Below, one piece after another: positions 1 to 12,680 of a DNA stretch of 64,000 bases (positions within the stretch are counted from its first letter, which is position 1; each line of letters begins with the position of its first letter). This DNA is from Lepidodermella squamata (taxonomy: Eukaryota > Animalia > Gastrotricha). The translations under genes and the position numbers were made by a program. The stretch is taken from positions 3,472,001 through 3,536,000 of the forward strand of contig JBLDXI010000054.1 in the NCBI GenBank assembly GCA_047495785.1, read 5' to 3'. The notes below the pieces were generated by a model. That model made no database searches. It was not told the DNA's origin and saw only the letters and a list, made by a program, of their open reading frames with translations.

Positions 1-345
1 GTGACAACTTATTATTGCGGATCAAGTCAGCAGGTTAATTGGCTCGGTGGACTAGCCATTCTCCACGCGCTCAGCTTAGTAATCAGCGTGAGTATCGCGT
101 TTCAAACAAGACAGCTCAGACTGGCGGAAGAATCGCGGAGTCACTTCGTTTCATTGCGATTGGCAACTTACAATGCGACTATTTTGTTCATAGCTTTTGT
201 AGCAATTCTTTTCATGATTCAACAAACCAGCGTTTTCGTCAAGTCATTGACAATTTCAGTTCAGGTCATACTGTATTCATTGACTTCAGGAATTTTATAT
301 TTTTACTGGAAACTGAAGACTATTGATGCCCAACTTCAAGCTTAA
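1..345 (+). CDS. 3' end of a divergent class C (GABA-B/GPR156-like) GPCR; 5' part lies outside the window
   Basis: Frame is open from base 1 with three hydrophobic helices. The pattern C-x-S...WLG...AFQTR...TYN resembles TM5-TM7 of family C 7TM domains (C.S...WLG...AWETR...YN). Very short C-tail. Confidence 0.55.
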   Translation: MTTYYCGSSQQVNWLGGLAILHALSLVISVSIAFQTRQLRLAEESRSHFVSLRLATYNATILFIAFVAILFMIQQTSVFVKSLTISVQVILYSLTSGILYFYWKLKTIDAQLQA

Positions 346-384
346 GTAATTCTAGTAAACATTGAAAAGAAATAAAACGCATAC

Positions 385-2339
385 CTTGGCGACTGCGATA
401 GTCTGTTGCTTTTGTTTTGCTTTCTGAAATTTTTCGATAACAGCAGGCTCGAGTTTTCGATAGACGACGACTTCCGAAGCGAACGCCGCGTAACGTAGGA
501 CTTGGAGGTTTTGTTCCAATAACTCGACAGTGGGAACTATGGCAGAGATCATAGCCACACGAGCCCTGCCGCCGACTAGAAACGCCTTTAGGAGATAAGT
601 CAAACGGCAGGATCGGTAAGGAACCGGCTCTTCTGTCGGCTTCTTCTTGGCAACTAACGCCGCGGCACCGGCAGTTGGATTTATCTTGGATTGGAGCTTC
701 CGACTGGCAAGCTGATTATTATGCATGCCAGTTAGACACTGGCCAAGAATCAGAAGATCGGTATTGATGCTGCCCGCCTCGCGCAATCGGTCGTTTTGAT
801 GTCCCTGTGGCGGTTGCCTTTCACTACCAGCCAAATCACAAATAGCCATTACGGACGATTTTTCCACCTCCAGAGTTTGTACGCCCTGCTCTTCAGTGTA
901 CGATGACATGCCTCCTGTTGTTTCGAGAACGGCTGATGCTTCACTCAAGTCGCAACGAATCGTCCAATATGCGAGGCGAATGAAACAGATAACGTGGGAT
1001 CGAGATGAATTCATGTTGAAAAATGTTGACGCAAAGGTCATATTCCGCTGGGCAAATGCAACAAGCTCAAGTGCCTCTTGCGCACTCGACACTTGGACCC
1101 ATTTCAATTCCTTGACGTATGTGTTATGCGATACATCCTCGCCCACTTGAAGGGCCTCTCGTGGCTCCAATTGTTGCTTTGCTTTTCCGATCAGCTTGGG
1201 TTGTGGCCGTTGAGGCACTCTAGAACTTCTAAATGGAGCGACGGATGAAATGAAATAATTTAGCTGATGCAGAACACTCACTTCGAGAATGGCTGCATGT
1301 TTTCTGATGATTGCATTGAAGTTCCCAAAAGATCGTAGACGTTGTTGTTGTAAATTTCAACAAAGCCCATAAACACTGAACACTGTCGACCCGACTGCTG
1401 CAAAATTTCTGTAAAATTGCTGATTTAACGGGGACATGAAGGCGACTCAAAAATCTCACCGGGAAAGAAACATGAAGTTGAAGGGTCTTGCTCAAAGTGG
1501 ACATTCTTTCCTTCTGCGTGTATCTTAGCGAATAAATTGTTCTTCTCCGCTAGTGCAGCTTCTGCTTGACGGCTGGAAAGAATATTATATTCGTTGAATC
1601 GCACAGGTTGCAGCCTGTGTTGTTCGACAACGTTTAGTTGACAAAATATGGTCTGTACGCAGCGTGGAAGAACACCCGGATTATCGTGTGTGCCTGCAAC
1701 GATAAGTAATTTAATAATTGATTATTTGTCAGGTGAATTAATAACCTTCAATCGTGAATGTCTTTCCAGAGCTTGTACATCCATATGCAAATATGAGAGC
1801 GTTGTCGCCGCCGATAAAATTAAATACCAGCGGTCTTGCGGCGCCGAAAAATACTTCTTGTTGGCTAGCTTTGCAAGAAAATATGTGGGAAAACTTCAGT
1901 TCGTGTTCGGCCGTAGCGCCAGCATTTGTTGCAGACACGTATAGACGTTGCCCGGCATCAATGCGGTATGTTTTGTCCTGCAAAAAAATAGCTCAAAAAT
2001 AGTGAACATAATTAATATTAGATGCCTACCACAACATCATCAGGAAGATCTGTTGGGCGTAATCGAACATAAACGCGAAGCTGCTCGCTGTCGATAGGAA
2101 GTGGAGGCAAATTGACACTCTCTTCTCGCAATCTCATCAATTCCTGGCCCAAATCAACCTTTTCTGCTGAGGTATATGGGTTGAATCTGTTCATGTTGTG
2201 CACGGGAGGAGCAGTGATATCTGAAGGGCGAACCAGAAGGCTAAAGGGCCTGCAAAGCAGCAAGTAAGAGCGAATCAATAATAAACTGTCGCCGATAAAT
2301 ATACCTTCCAGTAAAAACGTTGTTGATATCTTTGCTCAT
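385..2339 (-). CDS. Kinesin-6 family motor (KIF20A/MKLP2-like), multi-exon; 3' end unresolved
   Basis: ATG at 2339. Spliced frame contains LRVYVRLRP, P-loop YGCTSSGKTFT, FVEIYNNNVYDLL, NMNSSRSH, DLAGSER, RLREAGSINTDL and VPYRSCRLT. Long insert between the P-loop and FVEIYN is typical of kinesin-6. GT-AG introns e.g. 2304-2250, 2029-1978, 1745-1694; further donor at 384. Confidence 0.85.
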
Positions 2340-3400
2340 CCGAATGAGCGACCGCTCTTAGCTATAACCTATTGTCTTAAAACCACCCCTAAAAACACAT
2401 ATGATAATATTCAAAAAGGAATAAAACAAATACTTTCGTTGTCTAAGAATAATGCAATGGATCGATGTATCTTAAGTGCCACAGACTAAAGGTATAACTC
2501 AAGCGCCATCATAGTTGTTCATGGCCATGGCCACAATAAAACTAAAACATTGCTTCAAACAGACCCAAGAATTGCGCAACACGGCAAAGAGCAAATATGA
2601 AAGAATGTACAAAGTTGGACATAGTTGGCCACTATTAGTGATTAGTGCATGGTGAATGGTGTATGGTGTATGCTACATGCTGCATGGTTAGCGGTAGGCG
2701 GCTTGCGGCTTGCGGCTTTTGAGTCGGTAAAGCAATGATCATGTCCCAATTCCCAAGTACCGTTGCCCAGCTTGAATTCGGCGCCAAGTAAAAATATATC
2801 GAGTAATTCTAATAATTTGCAATAAAACATATTTTGTCAACATTAATAAATTATATAAATTTATGTAATTATTCAACATAATAAGCAGTAAAATGTTGCC
2901 GCAGTGTATTTCAGCTCCCGCAAATTCTAGCTCTTCTTGGCTTCGGACTGCCAGAATTCTGCAGCTCTAGATAACGGATTCATCAATATATTAGTTTTTT
3001 TCTGGCATTCGTACAGTCTAGAATTCATCAGCTCTGGAAAAGAAACAGCTACTAGCTTTCAGCAAACGCAAACGAGCCGCGTTGATCCACTTTCTGGACG
3101 TGTTCAGCGAATATGTCAGGCTATAATTCCTTAAATCATACCAATTCGGGTCCATAATTCATAAATGCAAGGTGCAAGACTTCTGTCATATGAAGCTCTT
3201 CTTGAATATCCACTGATCCCATTTCTCGCTATATAGCACCTTAATGAAACAGAAGTTATTATGCAACAAGAACGAAATTCATATTCCATTGCAAAAGCCA
3301 ATGCATTCCCTGCTAATTTTTACTGGATTCAAGTCATATCAGTATCTTCTATTTTCTGAAGGCCTACATGTCTTCGCATCTCGCTTCTCGCTTCGTCTCG

Positions 3401-5125
3401 CTAGTCTCGCTTCGTGAAAACGAGTTGATGCAGTGGTGGTGGAATTTTCGTGATTCGCATTTCATGGTCATCAAACTTGCAGTTTGTCGTTTGTCGCCAT
3501 CGGAAGCGCTGGATTATAAAAGCCACATAGAGGAAGAAGAGATTGCGACCAACTTGTTCACCGATGCAAGAACGGCGACCGATACCAAATTGAAACCAAT
3601 GCGAGTGATTGACCAAAGAATTGCCATCAGGAGTCAACCAACGGTCAATGCGAAAGTTGTCGGCATCACCCCAATACCTGTGATCATGCTGGCTGATGTA
3701 ATTTGTAAACCATATTGATCCTCCGATCGGTACGCTGTAGCGCTTATTTTCCATTTCAAATGTCACCTCATCGGTATGGCTGCATCTTGGTAACCCAATC
3801 ATAGTCATGTTGGCATATCGGTGGACCTCATTGATCAACGCCTCGATTCTCGGGAGTTTGGCTTTATGCTCTAACGATGGATATGCGTTTGATGGCACAA
3901 TCTAAATTCAAAATTTCAGCTTCCAAGAATAGATTCCGCTCCAAGAAAATAACTTACAGATTCGATATGCTTGAATAACCTTTCTTGTTCGTCCGGCATG
4001 AATGACAAGTAATAAAGAGTCCAGCCGATTGCTGTGGATGTAGTGTCAATAGCTGCAAAATAAAATAAAATGTTATGTTAATCCCTATAATAGTATACAC
4101 TAATATTTAACCTCCAATGAATATGTCGACAAGCATGCGAACAAAATGATCATGGGCAAGGGGACCAGTTTCTTTTTTGTGGTGTCCCGCTGCCATATAT
4201 GAGTCAATTATGTCATTGATTGCCTCCTGCGAAAATGTCGGCGCTCTGCGTTCCATCTCCGCCTCGAGCCATTTCTCCATGGTGCGTTCCATCATGCGTT
4301 CTCCGCTGAAATACAGACATTAAATTAATCACTGAACCTCGGCGAAGGGAAACATACACAGCAAGAGTATCAGTGAAAAACATTTTGAAGAATCCGACAT
4401 ATGGCAGCATCAACATTTGGAACGCATTGCCGTCAAAAAATGCTCGCCCGCCCTCATACAGCTTTGCCGTGTCGGGATCAGTAAGATCCAACCGGCGACT
4501 GATAACTACCGAATGAGTAAATGGGTAATGAACTTCAATTTCAGGAAATTTTTCCGTAGGTACCTGTCATTAAAATACAACTCGACACCGACTCACATAG
4601 GGCATCGTTCGGATTGAACGCAGCTCCTTTCTTTGATTCGATCAAATTGAACAGTCTATCCAATTCATCGTAAGCATGTGGGGTCAGCCTTTGGGTAGCA
4701 AGTCCAAGATCTTTGAAACATTTGACGGTGAAATTTTTCCTCTCCTTGTAGTCTTCGTACTGTGACCACCCAAAGCCCTCACGAACCCCACGAATGGCCC
4801 CAATATTTTGTGGTCTGCCGTTTACGCCGTCACCGTACTTTCGAACTACAAAAGTTTCGTGAATCAAGTTATAATCCATGAGTAGAACCATTCTGCCACG
4901 AGTTGAGAGGCCACAATATAGTGTCACTGCTCCTCCATACTTCTTATGAAGCTCCATGAAAACATCCTTCGGCGCGCGGTAGGCGAACATCATGCAGCTA
5001 CCAATCAATGGCAAGGGAATCGGACCCGGTGGCAAATTTGGCGGCTGGGTTTTCAGAAAATAAATCCAATGCAGAAGAATGGCGATAGTTAGGGTAACAA
5101 TCGTATATGCGATGAGCAGCAACAT
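3401..5125 (-). CDS. Cytochrome P450, CYP2 clan-like, multi-exon
   Basis: N-terminal TM anchor plus PPGPIPLPLIG hinge, spliced I-helix DIFIGAIDTTST, ExxR (EVHR), heme motif FGIGRRSCIG; short GT-AG introns. Confidence 0.92.
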
Positions 5126-5646
5126 CTTGAAGTTACGCCTCGGGTTTTTGCTTTGAAGTTACCTGGTTGGAATCGAGATTCAAGGATGAAAGTGAAAGAA
5201 GTCCCAAATAAAACGTATTTATACACTGAGGCTTTAAAAACGTGGTTATAAAATGACGTGAAACGCTGCCATGACATGAAATTGTAGCTGCATTATTGAA
5301 TGCCTATACCTGGGGCAAAAAATTCAACCACATCGGCCAAAAACTATCCGCGTTGTAGAAGGAGGCCATCACGTTACTTTTCAAACCATACCCAAGCTAT
5401 GGTTATAAGCTCTCCGTTGTAACAAAAAAATCTTGCAGGGTTCTTTACACGTTTGCTTCATTGGTCCAGAAAGTGCGGTTTTTGCAGATGAAAAGGCAGC
5501 AGGATTTTGACCTACTGATAAAAAAATTGACCTGAGGATTTGCCGCCATTTTTGTCTTTATTGCCCGGACAAAGAGCAACAATAATGAGCTGCACGTCAT
5601 TTTTTGTTGGGAAAATCAAATAGTTATACAATAATTCCTTCGGCTT

Positions 5647-6212
5647 TTAATTGAGACTATGCCTTCCATCAATGGCCCTAGATTGTAGCAAAAGCGGAAG
5701 GTTGTGAGACTCGCTGGTGTGGTAGACAGCTGCGCCTCGGAAATTGTACTGAATATTTGTGTGCGAACCGAGATGAGATGCGCCTGCGTAGTCCGCCATG
5801 CGGTTTGTATGCCGCCACTCGTCCAAGCGCCTCAAATCCGCGCATCGCCGGATAAGAAAATATAACATTAAACTTGCGAAAATAGCGATTGTAATTGTCA
5901 AAGCTATTGCCAGGTCCAAATTTATGTTGCTATTGATGAAATCGAAGGTACTCGGCGTTGAATGAGCTGATCTGTCTAAACCATACGGGCAAGGGCCCTT
6001 ATCATCGGCATCCTTGGTCGAAACCACTGATGACATGGTTGTTGTATCGTTGCTACCGTTAGTCACAGCAGTTGTTGTTAACACAAGCTTCTTGGTTGTT
6101 GAAGTCGTAGTGCTGTTTAGGAGGGTCGACAATTTAGTTGTCATAGTGCGAATTGCTGTCGTCGTAGAAGTCATATTACGTGCAATTACAACACGGTTCA
6201 AATGATTTTCCC
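5647..6212 (-). CDS. Single-pass membrane protein with Thr/Ser-rich mucin-like ectodomain; first exon or start not resolved
   Basis: 184-aa ORF with a Thr-rich tract, a hydrophobic segment LAIALTITIAIFASLMLYFLI and a basic stop-transfer RR. Confidence 0.6.
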
Positions 6213-6842
6213 GCTACCAAGATTGTGGTGACAAATCAACTTCATTAGAATATTACTATGCTGAGCAGCTTTTGGATGCGTAATGCGTATTAATATTGTT
6301 TTATTATATTGCCGTGCATTATGCACCCCGCATTTTGCTTTGTTTACGGTATCAACAGTCGTAGTGGCAAACCAGCTCTAGCTTGCCCCTTGTGTTGAAC
6401 TGGTCATATGCGAGTTCCAGTCACAATCTCGGCATTTTTTACGCTCACTCAGCTCGACTAATTTCAATGCAGCAACACTAGTAGTGAAAATGCCAAGACT
6501 AATAATCACGCTCGACGTTAGAAACACAAGTATATTTACTCATCTCCGTTAAATTTCATCATCGCCTTCAGCCAGTTTTACACGAAACGGCAAAAAACAG
6601 CTAGTCTTCATTCTAAGCTAATAATATGATAATAATACGATTACAATCACGATGGCATTAAGAAAAATTGAGTCTGAAGTAGCAGCATGCCGAGTTTAAT
6701 TTTTGAAATTTCGAAATTCAAATGCGTTTTTTTCGACTCGGAACCTGATGCTACTTCAGAATGATTTCCTCAATGCCGATGATGATCAACTATAATAAGT
6801 GATGTGACATCATGCAAGATTTTCGAAGTTTCGAAGAATTAA

Positions 6843-9286
6843 TCACGTTCGCCCGCCACCTCCCGTGGCACTCGACGATGAAAGATGGCCACCGGTCAGC
6901 GACGAAGTTGAGCCGGACGCGCCTGTGGCCGAGGTGAGGTTCGCAGTCGACGGATTCACCACACTGCCGCGGCGCTTGATCGCCGCCGTGCATTGCGGGC
7001 AGTACCAGCGGCCGCGTGGCGCCGATGTGATGTTGACGCAGGCGTAGTGGAACCACTCGATAGGGCAGTCTTTGTTGTCGCACATGATCATTTCACCGTA
7101 GGACACGTCGTTGCAGATGCACCACCGCGTCTCCATGCCGTCTTCATCGTCGTCATTAGCCGCCGAGCTGCTGCCGCCACCGCCCCCGCCGCCCCGCGCG
7201 ACCACAGAGCCGGCCGAGCCGCCGCGTCGTTGCGCAGAGGGTCGGTCGACCATGATGCCCTGTGACGAGTCCATGATGCTGCCGAACAGGCTTTCACTCG
7301 AGACTGACGCTGGTGAGTTGCTGTTGCCGTAGTCCATCGTACTCATTCCTCCGGCGCCGCCTCGCCTTGCGCGACGACCGCCTCGGTTGCCCGAAACCGA
7401 GCCGGATGACATTTGACGGCCAGGGCCGTTGTTAACGCGGCCGGAACCAGTTGCATTACTGGATACACGACGGCCTTGATTGTTGCGAGACCGCTTCTGA
7501 AATATGGAAAATTGATTGCGTAATACATAAAATAAAATAATAATTCATTCCACGCTAAATTTTAACCAAGATCAAGGAATAAGGCCGATAGAATTAAGGA
7601 GGAGATATCGTAAAAAGGTGTGGATACAGCAGACTAAAACTTGAGTTGGATCTTTTCAAAAGTTTCATAGTTTCAATGAAAAAACTATTCGGAAAATCGA
7701 CACCCCTGTGGTATACCAGGGACTCATGCGCATAGTTCCTCTGCTTCCGATTTCACTGAAAGTTTTAACCGCGGTAGTTTTTTCAATAAAGATTCATCCG
7801 TATGCTACTGTTTCGTTAGTTTTCATACAAATTCACAAATACAAACTGAGTAGTCAATCAAACCCTGTCGGACAGATCTAACCGGCAAAAAAATGAGATA
7901 TCGATTTCTTCGATTGAAAAAGAACTGAAAACCCATCCATCGTTTTAGAAATCAAAATTTCACAATTGAGAATAACCGAAAAAACCGAAAATTTGTTTCT
8001 TTGTCTTCAGTTCCTTTCTTAGATTAAAATGCAAAAACAGGAGTGAAATTTTCGGCATATTTTCAGGATTATAGAGTGCCTACAGGATGGCCTGAACTAT
8101 CATCGAAGTGTAACAAAAATTGGATAAATGTTATCTACTCATCGATCGAAATCGGTTCCAGTAAGACGGAAACTCGAAAACATTGGCACATAATCGGTTC
8201 AATAAAATGTTGAAGATACAAATAGCTTCTTTCAGTTTACACAGTGAAGGTAGTATAGACCAGATCATTTCCGCGCCATTCAAAGCAGTCCGGTTTGGAA
8301 AATTTTCACTGTATTTTGCTAATCGAATAGAGCAGTCCTTAGATAATTTTCCTTCGTTCATTGATCTTGGCTGTCATAATTATTTTTATAACTCGAATTA
8401 AGCCAGTAACATACCCTGTCGCCACTTATTGAAGAGGGTGCGACTGAAGATGGGGCGATTGAAAGATCTTCGCTGACGTTACCGGGGCTATTAGGCGCAC
8501 CTCCACAGAGTAGGGCGGCTAGACCGCCACTGGATGGGCCGTGAGAGGCAGCATGAGGGAAAGAGTCGAACGAGTCCGCGCCCATCAACCCAAACGTGGA
8601 CAGGTCGAAATTCGTGTCGATATCGAGGGAGCTGTGATTGTTATGTAGCGTCGAATAGTGGTTATTTGACATCGACATAGCTGGCCGGCCGTCATGTAGC
8701 AGGCCCCGCCTGTCTGACCGCGAATTCGACGCTGTGACGTCGAGTTCCTTCGACCGCCGTTCTAGAATCTCAGTGATACCCGCGTTATCAGCCTCAAGTT
8801 CCATCTTGAACTTGTGCAACTCTTGATCGAGTTTACTGACGAAACGCTGCACAATGCCATACAAATTATTCGCGAGCTGAACTTTGTCATCAGCAGTTTG
8901 AAGCAGTTCGTCATATTGCTAAAAATAACGAAATCGTCAAGAAATGAAGTCTAACTTTCAAGTTTAAACTTACTGAAAGAATTCTTTGGTATTCTTCAGT
9001 GCGAGGTTGGCCAACTATTTTAGCCTCTGAGCATTGCCTGAAGAAGTTTTTTGATCTCTCGCTGAGGTTATCAAGTCCGTCTGAGAATTCACTAATTATA
9101 CCGGAATATTTACAATAAATTCGGGCTCACTTTGAACTTGCAGGTCCAACTCTCGAACTTCCGTCAGTTTCTCCCGCATCTCAAGCGGCAAACTTTCGAT
9201 AACTAGAAAAAAATCAAAACTTCGACAGCTGTTTTCATCCATGAAATCGATAGCTTACGATCGAGAAAGTCCTCCAAGTACAACAT
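6843..9286 (-). CDS. ING3: Inhibitor of growth 3 (NuA4/TIP60 subunit, PHD finger), 5 exons
   Basis: Spliced N-terminus MLYLEDFLDLIESLPLEMREKLTEVRELDLQVQ, KFKMELEADNAGITEILERRS, and C-terminal PHD WCICNDVSYGEMIMCDNKDCPIEWFHYACV...WYCPQC. The last intron is about 0.9 kb. Confidence 0.95.
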
Positions 9287-9376
9287 TTTTAACAAATAAA
9301 ATCTAAGGAAAAAATTAACAAATATTTAGTATAAAAGCCAAATTGTTTAATTTTTACAAAACAAATGTCATAGCAA

Positions 9377-11142
9377 TTATTTATTTGAGGATGTTCCCGA
9401 CTTCTTCCGGCGAGGTTTAGAAGCACTGTTCGCCGGCGACTCAGTGATAACCAGCTGATTGTTCTGCAATTCATCCTTGGTCAACACACCACTTTCTTCC
9501 AATTTCGCCTGCGATTCCAGGTGGAAAAATAAATCACGCAACTGGTCTTGCAAGTCCTTGACCGCCGCTTCCTTCGTCCGAATTTCCTCTTTCAATTTTT
9601 CCTCGGCGCTTTGGACTTTCTTGGCCCATTCCGCTTGGTTATTACGAAGACTGTGATTCAGCGCTTTCTCTTCGTCGAGTTCGCTACGAATTTTCGCCAG
9701 CAATTTAGCGGAATGAGAACACTTTTGCTCCAATGTGTCTTTTTCCTTCTTAACCTCAGCGAGTTTCGACGATAATTCATCAATTTTACGTCTCGAGTCG
9801 GTAAATTCCTGAGCAATAGACGCCAGCTGTTCATTACACATCTGCTCTAACGCCAACATTTTTTCCTCGAAATATTTCCGTTGCGATTCAAGCTGACTTG
9901 TCAACAAAAATGTGTATTCCAACGTCACAGCGTCGACTTTTTCGTCCTCAGCAGCTCCGGACGACGCAATGCCCGTTGCGCTGTAGCTTGTATTAGCCGC
10001 GGCTGGGACTTCAACCAATTTTCCATCGCCCTTCGACTGAATCAAGCGATGTACGTAATTATCGCCGGCATAATCCCAAACACGCCCGGTATTAAGGTGC
10101 ATCGAAAATAAATGATGCGTTTCTTCGTAATGCCGATAAGCATGAGTTCCATGGTATCGACCACAGCCGACATTACCACAAATCAAACAGATCCATAAAT
10201 CGTCAATCGTCGCCCCGCAGTCGGAACAAGCCGTGGTTTCAGGGCTGAAATCCGGCGTTAGGGCGCATCGGCACACAGGGCAGGTAATATCGGCGCATTG
10301 TTGAATGCAGGCCGTGTGGAAATTGTGGTTGCATAGTACTGTCAACACGCCCTCAACGGATTCATCCATGCGTTCGAGGCATACCGGGCAAATCGGCAGT
10401 TCGGTAAGATCCTCCAGCGGGGGCGGGTTTTCATCGGGTTTCGTGAATTCAACAGATCTGACGTAGACTATATTACACGTCTCGGTTTCGAGTGAATTAT
10501 ATTCACGTTGGTTATAACTATGAAAGAACTTGTCGGCATATTCCTGCGATCGGAATGTCAGTAGTACCATGTAAGAACTCGAGGATATAGCGCGTTTCAC
10601 AACTCGTAATCGAGCCAGGGTGTTGACCGTCGGAGCGATAAATATTAGAAAATCTCGAACGGTCAGCCTCAAGGGGACGTTCAAAACACATAACTGGCAG
10701 GGTCTTTTCACGTCATCGCTTAGCGGTGTCGTTGCGCTAAAAAAATAATTATTATTTAGAACCAGTTATCAACTTCAACAAACTTACTTTTCTTTATAAA
10801 AATGGACGATGCCATCAATTTTTTCGATGTTAGGATTGCCGCATGAAAATTGTGCCAAAGGCAACAAATCAGCATCGCTGACTTGATTATTGCCTGAATG
10901 TGGACGAGAATCGCTAGCCATGTCTGAAAAAATGATAAGTCAGAAACTCGAAAATCAGCAACGAATTGCCTACCGTTCATGTCGTAAGTTTCGATTTGGA
11001 TTTCGTAAGGTTCTCGCTGGCCTAGATATCTTGGTCTTTTATCTGCAAGTGATTCATGATTTGAGACACTGTTCTTGACTGTGAATGGGTACAACTTGCC
11101 TTTCAAACGTTCGATCCAGAATACGGTTAAATATATTGCCAT
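9377..11142 (-). CDS. BRAP: BRCA1-associated protein (BRAP2/IMP) RING + ZnF-UBP E3 ligase
   Basis: FSCGNPNIEKIDGIVHFYK, ELPICPVCLERMDESVEGVLTVLCNHNFH RING, LWICLICGNVGCGRY...RVWDYAGDNYVHRL ZnF-UBP, LLTSQLESQR and DLQDQLRDLFFHLE coiled coil. Confidence 0.95.
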
Positions 11143-11395
11143 TTAGCATACTCTACAATACAAACCAACACAACGATAGAAAACAATGCATTTTATTAGT
11201 GTTTGTTTCAAAATAAGATTCTTTAATGGTACTGCCATCAATCACATCTTTCAAAACCGTAACAAATGTGTCACTTTCATGCTCATCTTCGACTAGGCTA
11301 TTTAATCATTCGATATCAATCAATTGCGGCTATGTTTAGCGAGAATGTTGGAAATAGAGGAAGAAAAAATACAGTCATTAGATTTATTTCGATAT

Positions 11396-12680
11396 TTAGT
11401 GATGACCGTTAGTGTGAGGTTCACCATGGCCATTGGCACAGTCGATGGCTTTTGGCTTCTCCCAGGTGAATTCTTCGCCTTTACGACCGAAATGCCCGTA
11501 GCAAGCAGTTTTGTGGTAAATCGGAGTTTTCAACTTCAAATCGCGGATGATGTGACCAGGGCGGAAGTCAAAGTTTTTAAGCAGGATATTGCGCAAGTCA
11601 CGAGCGCTCAGTCCAGTCTTGGCAGTGCCGTAATGAAAAACGGTGACAGATATAGGCTCCGGATATCCAATGGCGTATGACAGTTGAACAAGGCAGCGAC
11701 GGCACAGACCAGCAGCAACAAGTGATTTAGCCGCCCATCGAGCAGCGTACGCAGCCGAGCGGTCGACTTTGGACGAATCTTTTCCGGAGAAAGCTCCACC
11801 GCCATGAGCACCCCAACCTCCGTAAGTGTCAACAATAATTTTACGGCCGGTAAGGCCAGCGTCACTTTTCGGACCGCCAATGATAAATGAACCACTAGGG
11901 TTGAGAAAGTATTCTGTGCGAGAATCTACCAGATTTTGCGGAATCACAGGGCGAACGACGTGTTCCATTAAATCAGCACGGAGCTGTTCCAACGATGTGG
12001 CAGCGTCGTGCTGAGCCGATACAACTACAGTTGCCACACGAACCGGTATTAAAGCACCATTATCAGATCGATATTCGACGGTAACTTGAGCCTTAGCGTC
12101 GGGACGAGACCATTTGAGAGTTCCATTTCGGCGGCATTCAGCCAACTTTTCCATCAAACGGTGCGATAATACCAGAGTTAAAGGCATATATTCCGGAGTT
12201 TCATCTGTGGCATAACCAAACATCATACCCTGATCGCCTGCTCCCAAATTGTCATCACTTTTGTGTTCATACACAGCATTGGCGATCTCAGGACTTTGCT
12301 CCTCCAGATTGATCCGAACATCGCACTTGGCGTAATCAAGACCAATGGATTCATCAACGTATCCAACGTTCTTTACTGTGGTCCGAATTATTTCTTCAAG
12401 GTTAACTTTGTTGGCAGCTGTATCAATGCAAAGAAAGATTTATTGCTGATTCGCAGACGTACAAGCATAACTCACCCGTGGAATGAATTTCACCGAAGAC
12501 GTGAACTTCGTGAGATTTAGCAGCCGCTTCACATGCAACTTTAGCATCAGGGTCCAAGGCTAGAAATGCGTCGAGAACAGCATCGCTTATTTGATCGCAG
12601 AGCTTGTCTGGGTGGCCTTCGCCCACAGATTCTGAAGTGAACAGAAACGTTTCTGATTCGGCAACGTCCAGGTAGTTCAT
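11396..12680 (-). CDS. MAT: S-adenosylmethionine synthase (methionine adenosyltransferase), 2 coding exons
   Basis: [65 protein letters not shown]. One short intron at about 12475-12418. Confidence 0.97.

Noticed and set aside
3367-3416. Short degenerate TCTCGCT repeats at the P450 stop
   Set aside because: Local slippage duplication; no spacers, not CRISPR-like.
12410-12430. METTL16/METT-10-type m6A splice-site control of MAT (3' splice site reads UACAG)
   Set aside because: The downstream bases are CUGCC, not the ARAA of the UACAGARAA motif; the intron is not at the position I recall for the regulated nematode sams intron, and no such motif was seen in the 3' UTR.
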